DNA of 63,998 bases, the filler included, from Jimgerdemannia flammicorona (taxonomy: Eukaryota): NCBI GenBank assembly GCA_003990765.1. It is 3 parts of 3 records of this genome, joined end to end, with 100 filler letters (N's around TTAATTAATTAA, not from the genome) between each part and the next. Parts side by side here need not be neighbours in the genome. Positions count along the whole stretch, not along the records: positions 42,825 to 63,998 come from RBNJ01001509.1; 2 more parts are not named here. One strand, given 5' to 3'. Made by a program: the position numbers and the translations under genes. Position 1 is the first letter of the stretch. Every line of letters starts with the position of its first letter. The notes beneath the pieces are model-generated. The model was given only the letters and a program-made list of their open reading frames with translations. It ran no database searches and was not told the origin of the DNA. Shown here one piece after another: positions 52,298 to 63,998 of this stretch.

Positions 52298-53205
52298 TCA
52301 CACCTGCCCGTGAAATAAATTTTGCCCCAGTTCTGGTTCGCTCGTCAGCATGATCCAGACGTCACCAGGGGGGTCCAGGCCTAAGGTTTTGGCACGTTCT
52401 AGCAAGCCATGTTAAGGTGGTTATGTAAGATTATGCTTAATATTTATGTGAAAGCGAATCGCTATTCCAGGCTTTCGCTTCTCTACAGAGAATATGTAGG
52501 ACATACCCCATCGCTCCAACCTTGACAATCCCACACAAGGGCCGTAGGCATAATTGAGATCGAAAGCTCGCAGTAGCTTGTCGCTGTCTTTCATATGCTC
52601 CTGGTGGACTATGGTCGTCGTGGTAGTGGAAGGCTTAGTATTTCAGTAATCGCTCCTTTATCAAAGTCGTCGGCACCGCATAGTTATATAATTGTATTGA
52701 AGTAGCGTGCCATTTATGTATGAAAAGGGAACCATAATACATTTACACTGCACTTACTCTCAATGGCGTTCTTGTTTCGGCGGGGGATCGTAGGCAAGTT
52801 CCATTCAAGCTCTTCAGTTACGCTAGAATCAACGGGGACTCTGCCATCGTCTTCATCTGATGCAGAGGCTTCGATCTCTTCCGCGTCAACCGGCGTCACG
52901 TCCCGCGCCGACTTCTTATTCGGCAATGCTGATGTTGAATCCGTTTTTGTTGAGGACAACTGTAGCGGGATGACAGGTCCCCCAATTCCTTCGTCATCGT
53001 TGAACTCCTTCCGCGACTTTTTTGTAGCTGAAACCACTGGGGACAATTTTTTGGGGATCTTGCCGGTGTCCAAGTCGCCGCGTCTCTTCGTGGTCGTACT
53101 CTTGAAGATGTCATTGACCTTCCGCTGTACTCCCGGAGTTGAGCCGGAAGAGGAGCGAGTTGTGCGGGGCGTGGTGAGGCTCGAAGTATTGCGTTTTGGG
53201 GCCAT
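52298..53205 (-). CDS. POLD4: DNA polymerase delta subunit 4 (POLD4/Cdm1 family), 216 aa; exons 53205-52758, 52608-52507, 52398-52298
   Basis: Spliced C-terminus LLRAFDLNYAYGPCVGLSRLERWERAKTLGLDPP is the family signature; GT-AG introns keep the frame. Confidence 0.92.
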
Positions 53206-54934
53206 GTTGTGAGAGAGAGAGAGTGTGTGTGTGTGTGTATGTGATCAATTGAGGCGAAGTTTATTAAAAAGTACCTCAATTGTTGGGTGTTGAAGTAATT
53301 ATATACCATCCAGGAAAATATATACGTCACCCCATTATTGAGATTTAGAATCCAGAAAAAAAAAAACTTTTATTGCGGCTATATCTCCAGAATAAAAATA
53401 TACATACCACTCCAAACCGCCGTATGCACCACCGCCAACGGATCATTCCCCAGCTACCAGCCTCCCGAGTAGCATCTGCATCAATCTCAAAAAATCGGAT
53501 GGCAAAAAAATAAAAATCGGATGGTGCTATAGAAAACCCAACCTCACCAATACACCCAAAACGCGTTGCGCGTTGCCTTCCACCATCCGCTTCAACACAT
53601 ATTTTTTTCTACACAGCTTCATCGGGTTCTACGAGTACCACCAACGTCGAGAAGATTTTACATCATCAGAAGAAATACGGACTTCTACTGCAGAAATTCT
53701 AGGCGAGTCTTTTTTTTAAAATTATCCTCCGCGTTTCTGAGACCTCCAAGCAGGTTATGCGACTAGGAGGGTCAATTTGCGCCCTGACCCTCTTACGTTC
53801 TGCTGTACGTCGTATATCGCAAGTCGGGTCCAAAGGACCTCTCTTGTGCACACAGCTACGGCGGGCATCTACCTTATGGACTAGCGGTCTGTTGTGTGCT
53901 TGGTGGTGGCCAATTTTATTCCTTCGTACTTCTCTTTCGTGATACTCATTCCTTTCATGTTAACTCATGATCGAAGACAATGAAGTTGAAGGAGATCGGT
54001 TGCAATCTCTGCTAGACTCATGTCAACCTACCTGGCATCACCATCAAAGTGAGAACGGGTGTGCTTGCCATCGAATTTAAATACGCCCAAAAAGATGTTT
54101 CTTTTGAGTGAAATGTGGATGAGCGAATTAATGTTTGTATTTTGATTAGATTAACTAAAGCCAGCGACTCCATTTGACTGGGGCGAAAGTTGATCGACGA
54201 GGATGCTTAGTGAATTGGGTAATTGTTGGGCAGCGTGGTTATCATTGAGAATCAAACCCTATTGTCCCTGGTTCCTGCAGGATGTGATCGTGCTAAAACA
54301 GTGTATTAATTCAATATTCTTTGTATGATTTTATAGTCGGCTCATTTCCGCTGTCTAAATGACAGGCGCGGACGTCTGGGTGTAAGAGCCCACCTTCAAT
54401 GCATTGATGACCATTTTCTTGTTGACGGGATGAGTGATCCCCGATGCGTCTGTTGTGGAGTCACGGCGCGGGCTTGTGTGGTTAAAGGCGGTTTCGGCAG
54501 GAAGTCCAAGTCGCAGTCTATCTTACGATAGGGTTAAAGGACCTCGTTCTAGCGGCGATGGTGACACCGAGGATGGGAGATGAGTCATTTATTTTATTTT
54601 TCCCTTCATTAGGCGGGTGAGCGGGAGCTTTATTATTTGTTTATATAAGCGATGTCGTCCCGATCATCTGCTCCCTGTGCTCCGGACAACGAAATATTTT
54701 CCCACTTACGTGCTTGACCATCTGCACATAATATGAAATGTCATTATGAATGGTATTTATTATCACATATGTCAATGAAAATAAGATAAAGGCGCCCATA
54801 GTTTTTGATACGCAAACGACCATTTACGAGAACAGAGAAAGCCTGCAACCACAGGAAAGGCGACTGAGATTAGTAAATCCCTACAGTATCACATCCCGTA
54901 TCATGCACACCGAAGTAATTTTCATCTTTGCAAC

Positions 54935-57900
54935 TTACTTGTGCTTGGTAACGAACGTGCGATTGAGCAGTTGGAGGATCTTGGACACATTCAGCTGTAC
55001 ATACTCAAGATCAAGGAGTTGCACGTTATCTTGTTGCTATGTGCATTTTGTTTGGAATAAGTAATCGTGGCCATGTTCATATATAACATTGTCCCAGTAA
55101 TCATGCCCATTTACCTTTTCTAGTAGATCATCTAGTTTGAGATCCATCTCAAGGATTGCCTTGTCGCGGCCTTGTGGAAAGGAAAGCTTCGGTTAACAAA
55201 CAAATAAAAGGCACTCTTCTACAAGTATAGCCCACTCCTTTAAACAACGAAGATATAATGTTCCGAACGAGAATGAGATAATTGCAAGTGCCGCATACCC
55301 TTGTAGTGCAGAGCGATGATAAACGTTCCGGGAATCGGCGATGTAATTGCGAAAAAGATATTAGCTCGCCTATGAGACAAAGGGAGGGAGGGAGGAAGAA
55401 GGCAGAATGTTGAGATAATGTGACATGCATGTAAACATAGTAGATGTACTTATGTACTATCGGAGATAAAATGTGAACTTGGAGGAATATGGAGCTCACC
55501 GATTATCCGGCACATTGCTTTCAACGATAATCCCTTCCTTCTCCAATTGTGCGTGTGTGAACTTGTATGGTCCCAACACTTGCGGCTTCGGCTGCTTTTT
55601 TACTTTCCCGTCAACCTCAACCCCGATGCCCACCGAATTCTTTGTCGCCTTCTCGCCGCCACCAGACTGAATACGAACATTTTGCAGATATGCCTTGTAA
55701 CTCTCCAACTGACTCCTTAGATAGTTGTTGTGATCAAGAATGGTTTGATAAACGCTTTCAAGGCTCTCAATTTCCTGGTTAACCTTTTCACGAAGGTTGC
55801 CGAGATGCGTGAGTTCTTGCGCGATCTCTTCGCCCAATAAAGCGTATCCATCTCGATGATCCACAACAACTGCCTCCTCTAGCTCTCGCATCATTTCTTT
55901 TACTTTTATGCCTTTACGAACAAGCTGAGCATCCTTCGTCGTCGCTGCGGTTTCCGCAATATAATCGAGTTGTAAGGGACGTTGGCTACCTAGATGAGGG
56001 AGCGAGCGGATCAACTGCACAAAGATCGCCTTGGTCTCCATATAAAGAATATCATTCTGAGTAATGTTGTTTTCCGACATCAGGGCTGTCGTTAAATCTT
56101 GAATAAGCAAGAAGGGCATTGGAATAAAGCTGTCAGAATTCGCATGTGATCTAATCATATCCAACCTTGCCACACACACATATATAGTGGATTCAACAAT
56201 ACGGAAATGGCACAAGAGTAATCACCTTGAATAGGAATTTCCCAACGACTAAACAACGGCAACACAAGTGTCTTATTGTCCTTCCTCGGAACTTGCGCAG
56301 GGGCCGGCCCCGCTTCGGTAACGAGAATGCGCAAATGATCCTTATCCTTTGGAGCGAGGATATCGATATGCTGAACCAGTAGAGCGTGGCTGTTGTAGAT
56401 CTCGTTCAGCGTGATATTGAGAATAATGTCTTTCTTTGAGAGCGCCATGTACTGATCCATCTCCAGAGATTCGTAGAAATCGCCGACCTCACAGAGCTCA
56501 TTCAAGAATTTGTTCATTCGCGTCTTATTGTTCTCGACGAAGGGATTTGTAGGGAGCATGTAGGCTTCCTTAGCATATGAGGGTTTGTTTGCAAGATTCT
56601 GGAGCATTTTGGCGATCTGGATACGCGTTACAAACATGTTTGATTAAACATGCACATATGTTTCCTCAAACACTTTGAAATAAAAAAATACTGCCTATGA
56701 ATGGAATCGAGATGATTGCTTACCAACGTCAAAGTCCTCCTTGGATGCTTACTGGGGATCCCATCAACGAGCATATACGCTTGGGGGGTCACGATTGCGG
56801 GATTGACGAATCGCAGAAAAAAAAACCCACCAATCAAAGAGCAAATCGCGAAATCCGAAGCTTCTGAGTACTTGCGCTTGGTCAACGATCGAATCTGCTT
56901 GCAGATCCAGCGAATACCATACGGAACTGAATCCAGGGAATCCAGGATCGTTTCGAGAAATGAATTGGCTACATCAATCAGCATCGCAAGCCGTGGGGCA
57001 ATTATTGCCTGAACATCTGGATTCTGTGCCGCTACATCAGGCGTCACGCTGCGTGGAAGATCTTCAGGGAGTTCGTTCGTATCTTGCTCAATCTGGATAA
57101 TCATTTGCTCATAAACCTGTGATTGCGCCAAATGAATGTACAGGGTTGGAACTACGTGAGTGAGAACTGGCCGAGTAGGCAAGATTGTAACCGTGCGCTT
57201 AATGAAAAACACAAACCTTCAGCGGATTGATTTCTAAATTGAGATCCTTATGCTCGATCAAGTTGTTGATTCGTTCGGCAAGCACAGACTTCAGGTAGGA
57301 TTGACCCGGTCCACGACGTGTATAGGTCGTCATCATGCGAGAAACGGGTGTATTAGCACGGAGTAGCGAACCGAATTCGGTCGAGGTTTCAAATTGAGCG
57401 GCGAGAACGTTCTACATGAGGGAGAGAGAACAAGATTGCATTAATGCCACGAAAGGTAATCCAATGATTAGGAGACATACAAAATTCCAAAACATAATCG
57501 CAATTCCGTTGATGGTCTATGGCCTCACCTGGAACATTGTCAACAACAAATGCTCTTCTCGTGATTCGTACTGATTTCCGTAGAGTGTGAACATGACAGT
57601 CTGCAGCAATGTATCGATTTCCGCCAAGCTCACAAGACGGCATAGCGAGGCGATGTGACGTGGCTCAGATTGCAGCAAGAAGAAGAGATTGCCGTACTGC
57701 TGCATCTTGCGGTCATCAGGATAATAATCGTCTGAAGCTTCCTCTTGCTCTTCAAGGTGGCTGGCAACTTCGTTTTGCTGATTTTTCGATAGAAAGGCCA
57801 AGGATAGGATGCAAAATATGTGAGGGTAAACTCGGCGAAAAAAAAGAATTGCTATCACTTCTGCCAAAAGGTCCTGTCCTCATGAATGTAATGCTACCAT

Positions 57901-58537
57901 TCAAGTTAACACATGTAAACGCCTATGTTATTTCACAGAAACAAGATTTTACCTCATCCAGCGCCATTCTGTTCTGAATGAGCAGAGCGATACGAGAATC
58001 CAAATATCGCACGTCACGCTCAAGGACAAAATTCTTTTTCGATTGGGAAGATATTTTCGACTTCAGATCTCGCAGGCGCTTTTGCGCTGTCGTGAGGAAG
58101 TGACAAAGACAAGTTGAAATATGTCAGTAACAGTAGGTTGGTGATAATACATATTCTCATGGAAACAACAAAAGCAAGCTGACAAGGGGTAAATAGGGAA
58201 GGCCACTAAAGAATGGAGGAGAAGGAGACAGGGCTCGCTGATACCCGGCTTCAACACAATTCCCCAATTGTCTTACAGGCCCTTGCCTAAGCATCAACAC
58301 ACAATGCAAAATACAGAACAAGTAAAGCTCACCTTTGGCCAACTCATCTTCCACCTCAACATCCTGCTCCGCGGCCATCGAATAGAACGCAGACACGGAG
58401 TAACGCTTGGAGGCTCGACCAGTTTTGCGGTTGCTGTGGTGGTTATTTGCTGCCGCGGCGGCAACGGCGCGCGAGACGACGTTGCTCTGTCCTGGATATC
58501 CAAATGACTGCACCATTCCACTGCGGCGATCAGTCAT
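54935..58537 (-). CDS. gap1: Ras GTPase-activating protein (S. pombe Gap1/Sar1 type, RasGAP + RasGAP_C), 797 aa, 10 exons
   Basis: Exons 58537-58333, 58086-57953, 57777-57529, 57411-57217, 57116-56724, 56616-56226, 56097-55500, 55369-55299, 55170-55115, 55036-54935 join in frame; LLRANT and [16 protein letters not shown] motifs. Confidence 0.93.
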
Positions 58538-58847
58538 GGTGTTGAATGAGTCGAGGCGGTGCGGGTTGTTTGTTCCCTGTGTTGACTAGCAGAAGGATGG
58601 ATGATCTCGGGTGGGGAATAGCTTAGGCTTGTGGTTGGTCGGGCGTCGGACGGTAGGTCTGGGCGGTGACACACAGCGCCCGCGTGGCCATCAACCTTGA
58701 TTGGTCCGTGGCTCCGTGTCCCACTCGGCCACTCGGAACAGACGGATCTTCCCGAGTTGGACGTAATTAACATAAGTTTGGAAGATTTTAACAATTATGA
58801 AAGCTCAACTACATGCAAATTATATGTACAAGATGGATAGTTAATAG

Positions 58848-61663
58848 CTAACGCCGCCGTTCGTCATTCGACGTTAATATTGACAATTCCACCTTCGACC
58901 GTGCCCGCCTAAGTCCAAATAACCTGAACCCTTTAGCCTCTGATTTACTAGTGAAATCTCCGCTCTTCAGATCTGTGTTGCTCCGAGAAGGCGACTTGAC
59001 GACTGGCGGTGATTGTGGAGAGCTTATGCCACTTTCGTCAACTCTGCCTTCCGTTTGGCCTCGGCTGGCTTGTCGTAGACTTGCGAATTCTGAGGATGCA
59101 GGGGAAACTAGTTGATGTTGGTTGTCTTCAGTAATAGTGAGACCACCCAACCCGACCAACATGCTCTCAGCATCAAGCGTTGAATTCGGATTAACAGATT
59201 CCTTCAAAACTGGCCGAATATTACTAATCACAAAATCCCCTTGCCACGATGAAGATGTTGGCATTGAGTGTATTGGTGATACTGGTTCCGAAGAAAAACA
59301 AGACGACGATGATGTAGGTAATGACGACGAGGATGTGAGTGCCGGTCGGGAGGAACTGAAAATTGCCGCTGGCCCTCTCGCAGGAACGAAGCTCAAAGGT
59401 GTGTGTGTCATGATCCTGTCACTGTCGCTCGTATCGGCATTGTGACCATGATTGATTTCGTCATGTATAGCATTAAAGCCACCTGAGGGCCATGGCAATT
59501 TGAATTTTGGTGGGTATGAAAGAGCGATGGGTGAAGACGACACGACCGACATCCCCGTGTTGGTGATATTCGGTAGCGGGGATGTTGATGATTGTCCAGC
59601 TGAAACTTGTGGGTGGTGATGATTTGGCGATGGATCAATTTTCGTTCTTGTATTCTGCGTTTTGCTCTTGACACAGCCATCGCCGCCCATTTCGCCATCG
59701 TCCCCGGTTTGATATTCGGGTCCAATTTCTCCTAAAAAAAATTTATTAGCATCCCACTCTGAAAAAAAATCTTCCATCGTCCTCCTGCCAACGTTAGCAC
59801 TGGTCGCACCAACAAACGAGGTGGATGGCCCATTTGGCGTGGCGGCGGCGAATTTTATTGAGCTCTTTGATATGGAGGTCGAATGTTGGGATGCTGTCGT
59901 CAAGATTGTAGCCGAATTGAGGTTCTCTGATAGCTGGCCCGATGAGATCGGGGTTGTAGCGGGAAAGGGTTGCGCCAAAGTGCTACGGAGTGGGATGGCT
60001 TCATCCTCACGATCATTGGTTTCAACTACCATAGAAATGTTTCTTTTTACTGTGAGTTCGTCATTCTGCTCATTCACCAATAACGGTATTGGCTCATGCA
60101 CATCGGGCTTGGGATCCTGGTCAATGTTGGGGTTTACAAAAAATCTCACTCCCCTACGATTCCATATCTGCTCGTACAGCCTTCTACGACAATCTGCGTG
60201 ATATTTGTTCGCACTCTTGCAGTCGCACTCGTCGCCACCTCGCGTATACTGGCAAATGTGTTGGTTTGTAGAGAGAGAAACCATGGGTAGGTCCTGCAGA
60301 AGGCCGAATTCCTGGCGGACACGAAGTGCAATCTCATTGTAGAGACAGACTTTGTTTTCGCGATACGATTCGCGGTTACCATAGTCTGCGTGGGTAAAAA
60401 CAAGAACGACGGATGGCCAGAAGTCCGTGACAGGGTGAAGGAGGTCGGAAAGAGTTCGCAGAGTGGTCATGACAAGATCGGAACTGCGAGAAAGGGGGGG
60501 AATAGAAAACTCCAAAGTTAGATGGCGGCCAATGTTGCATGTATATGAATCGAGTAATCCCCAAAGTAGCCGATGTTTTTTCCAGCCCGTTGACATACTT
60601 ACGTAGCGTAAATTTTGAAAACAACAAGTAGGACATTTACACCGCTGTTGCTGTTGTCGCTTCCATCGGCGCAGGCAAGGCTCATAATGGCGCTCCTGGT
60701 CTTGTTCAGCAGCTCCGCTTCACGACCTTCGGAATCCTTGAACCCTGGTGTGTCCATTATGTGGACATGGCACCCAAATGGGTTACGCTCGCGCTTGTAC
60801 CGTAGCAGCTATAAAGCAGGGTAGTGACAGAATTCAGATTCATTTGGCTGTTTAAGCACGCGATGCAGCAGTTAAGGGAAAGTCGATGCGCCTACCGGTG
60901 CCCAGAACCCTTTGAAATGTTTTATATCTTTGGTTATTGACTAAAGAAGCAAGCCATTCCTCGAACTGATTAATTGAGATTTGACTCATTGTTATTAGGG
61001 CGATCAGTAGTAATAGTGAGTATTCAGTACCTTGACAGCCATTTTTGCATCGAAGGGCATACTCCCTGCTGCAATGACATTTTTTGCATCGGAGGAAATA
61101 CCCCTTGCAATATCAATTTTGGCATCGAAGGGCATAGTTCCTACAATGTCATTTTTTGTATCGAAGGGCAGAGTCCCTGCAGTATCATTTTTTGCAGCGA
61201 AGGGCATACTCGTTGCAATATCATTCAGGAGACTGCTCTTGCCCTCGCCAGTCCTTCCGACAGCGATGATGACGATTGGTCTTGATTGGTCAACGCGGCG
61301 AGAATCAGGTGTGGCCAACCCCTCCTTGGAAGGGCTGATCGACGTGGAAGGATGTTCGCTAGTCCGATGAGTGGGGTTAGTTGTCGTCGGATGCCGGGCC
61401 CTTGCATTTCTTGCGACGATGTGAAAGAGGTCGTCGTCGTCGTCGTCGTCGTTCGAGGAATCGTCGTCCGAGTCGTTGCGGCCACCCACGCAGGTTAGTT
61501 GGTTGATAGTGGACAGCTCCTCCTGGGCGTCGTCGTCCGAGTTGTTGCCGTCGCCCACGCCCACGGTCCAGTTTGGTAGGTTGTTAGTGGGCAGGTTCTT
61601 CTGGGCGTCGCCATGACCATAGTATTTGTCATATGGGGTTTGTGGTTGTGGTGTGTCAGCCAT
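58848..61663 (-). CDS. AIG1/GIMAP-type P-loop GTPase, ~839 aa; exons 61663-61031, 60940-60896, 60808-60603, 60483-58848
   Basis: G1 GRTGEGKSS, G2 SITK, G3 DTPG, G4 FTHAD; long Ser/Pro-rich C-terminus. Confidence 0.88.
61043..61225 (-). repeat. Five coding 36-39 nt tandem repeats within the G domain
   Basis: NDIATSMPFAAK / NDTAGTLPFDTK / NDIVGTMPFDAK / IDIARGISSDAK / NVIAAGSMPFDAK. Confidence 0.9.
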
Positions 61664-62079
61664 TTCATTCCAGGTTGTTTTGGTGTATATACATATCGCC
61701 CATTGATTGTGGATTTGGGGGAGCGGTAGGTACGGAGTGTCCAAATATAGCAATAACAGTCACAAGCCTATGATGACGACACACCAACATGGGCGTGACA
61801 TCACTCGAGCATCTGGCTCGGTCACCGCGGGTAGCCAATAACCATCTTCTTTATTGTTCAACGTTAATTGATAAAGTACGAATAGAAAAGATAAAAAACA
61901 AAATGCAGACTCTCGACCAAACCGACCACGCTTGCCCAAGAGTTCACGCAATGAAAGTTGTAAAAGTACAAGTAAAAAAAAAAAAGTTATCGAAACGACA
62001 ATGAAACGCGCAAGCAGGACAAAACATGCCAAGTGTATTAGTGTTCCCCAAGCGAAGCCCAAGAACCCTGTCGTAAAGA

Positions 62080-62858
62080 TGCTCAAATGCACGCGTGAGA
62101 GACGAACCCTCCTAACCTCTGAACGAGATATTGAAACTGACAAACCATCACGAAGATTGACAATTGCTTTGGCGAAAGTCATCAACTCGCGCCTGTTGTG
62201 CGAGCGAATTTCCTCAAGTTCCGCCTTCGTCGTTGACGTATACAGTATCGTCTGGATCTAACACGAAACTATGACACAAACTGATATGGCATAACAAAAG
62301 ATCCTTCAATATAAATTCAAGTAAATAATACCAGGTCAAAAAGGCACAACACTTGCTGCTCCTCACTACACTGCATTCCAAACTCAAATAAGGCATCCTC
62401 TATTACTTTTCCTGTAGATAGTCGCCATTTTTGGTCATCCTGCATGTCTCCGAAAGCCTTCACGAAGGCATCCAGATTTGCTCGCGCTGGCTTCAGTCTT
62501 TAAATTTGTCGCAAGAGCCAATTCTCCTGATGTCGTAATTCCCTGACGTATCTCCATCTTACTTCCTCATCCCTCAGCTAATATTAAAGATAGGAAAACA
62601 AAGTGAGTCGTATGACTTATTTCATTCTGAGTTTTAATTACCATCATTCTCACCCTTTTAGTCAATGTACACGCAGATATCTCATCTTCGTCGATGTTTC
62701 GCTTTCTATTCTGTGCTGCCTAGAATGAAAGACAATTATAACTATCAAACATTAAAAGCCATAATTATGGAAACAAAAGTATCATAAACAGATTTAAGGA
62801 TTTACCTTTTCTTGACCTCCTTGGTTTTCGGTGAATCCAACTGAGAAGGTTCCATCAT
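62080..62858 (-). pseudogene. Decayed spliced gene of an uncharacterised family (KWxLxxGxxxED...EHxCHSF motif)
   Basis: KWRLSTGKVIEDALFEFGMQCSEEH|LCHSFVLDPDD joined by a GC-AG intron 62356-62281; frameshifts on both sides. Confidence 0.6.
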
Positions 62859-63074
62859 TGTTTATAGCTCCATTTACAGTTCGCTCATAAACGTTGGACG
62901 ATGGAGGTGAATCAAGGGTTCCCCGATCATATCCACTGTCTTACGATTCTCAAGCCACGATCTTGTCTTTTGACGATCACTACGGAAACTCGGGAAATTA
63001 GCAACATTTTCGATTAGCACACCCCAACTATCTATCACTTTCCCATTCCGCCAGGTGAGGTCTCTATCTATAAA

Positions 63075-63270
63075 AGCTATTTACTATATTTATATTTACT
63101 ATATTTATACTTACTATATTCAAGCTCATCATATTTATACCTACTATATTCATACTATTCACTGGCTCATTATTCACTGGCTTACTATTATATGGTGAAA
63201 CTATAGTAATGTAGCAAGGTTACTTATAGTTTACTATTTATCTACTCATTATTTACTGAAACTATGACTA
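63075..63270. repeat. AT-rich short tandem repeats (TATTTATACTTACTA-like)
   Basis: Visible ~15-bp periodicity. Confidence 0.6.
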
Positions 63271-63626
63271 TAGTTATATAGTAAGACTAGTGCTCTGAAT
63301 GGATGCAATTTTTCTGGATGAGATTCAATTCAGATTTATTATATGATAGATTTGAATCAACTTAGATTAGTCCTATAATCTGATTTAGATTGATCTGAAT
63401 TGATCCAGATCAATCAAATTTTTTTAGTAATATCACCCTTTCTTTATCATTGGTGATACATATTGCAGAACTTATTGTTAGAGTAATTTATTTGACAATA
63501 TTCTTCATATAATTATCAAAACACTAGCAGTTAAAAATAGTAAATTGTTACATTACTATGTAGAGATAGACAAAATGAACATAGAGCCAAAGTAATCATT
63601 ACTTACTTCCAAAACTCTGACAATAT

Positions 63627-63627
<1 letters not shown>

Positions 63628-63692
<65 letters not shown>

Positions 63693-63921
63693 GTCTCATA
63701 GACTTTACTATTTATTATCATTTTATTAGCTATAAGTACAAAACTCTCTCCCACTATCTAATCTCCCTAGGGGGACTCTCTCTCATATCCTCATACTTGA
63801 ATATATATCACTCTATCACCCACTACTCCAACTCTCCTCATTCTGCTCATAAAATTTTTTCACTAATTGATATTACTGACCACTCTGCATACCCCATCTC
63901 AGTCACTAGTCTGTCAAAACA

Positions 63922-63925
<4 letters not shown>
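63628..63925 (-). mobile_element. LINE family B 3' end with long polyA
   Basis: PolyT followed by ATAGTCTCATAGACTT, as at 19511-19760. Confidence 0.8.
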
Positions 63926-63984
<59 letters not shown>

Positions 63985-63998
63985 CTTTTTTTTTTTTT

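Noticed and set aside
53400..54620. Possible structured ncRNA (U3, RNase MRP, telomerase-like motifs) or small spliced gene
   Set aside because: Only isolated motifs (TTGATGA, GGAAGTCC, TAACCCTA); required partner boxes not found. An Infernal/Rfam scan would settle it.

Overview
Intron-rich eukaryotic DNA, most likely from an early-diverging fungus (Mucoromycota-like; inferred from gene families and intron style). Two 100-nt N/TTAATTAATTAA scaffolding linkers (21321, 42725) split it into three pieces. It alternates sharply between nested, almost CpG-free retroelement blocks (1-24300, 42825-51800, 63050-end) and CpG-normal gene islands. The repeat blocks hold two families of Tx1/L1-like LINEs, a Ty3/Gypsy chromovirus family seen as two partial copies sharing one LTR, and an unidentified 1.2-kb polyA-tailed retroposon. 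The gene islands hold a CE8 pectin methylesterase, a bHLH factor, Pol delta subunit 4, a Gap1-type RasGAP, an AIG1-type GTPase and several indel-decayed pseudogenes. Most notable: (1) the reconstructed chromovirus, with nucleocapsid-fused dUTPase, an unusual Cys/His finger, a separately promoted 3' ORF and an antisense B-box hairpin element; (2) repeat-restricted C-to-T hypermutation (RIP-like); (3) a 5x tandem amplification inside the AIG1 G domain. Boundaries of decayed elements are approximate.
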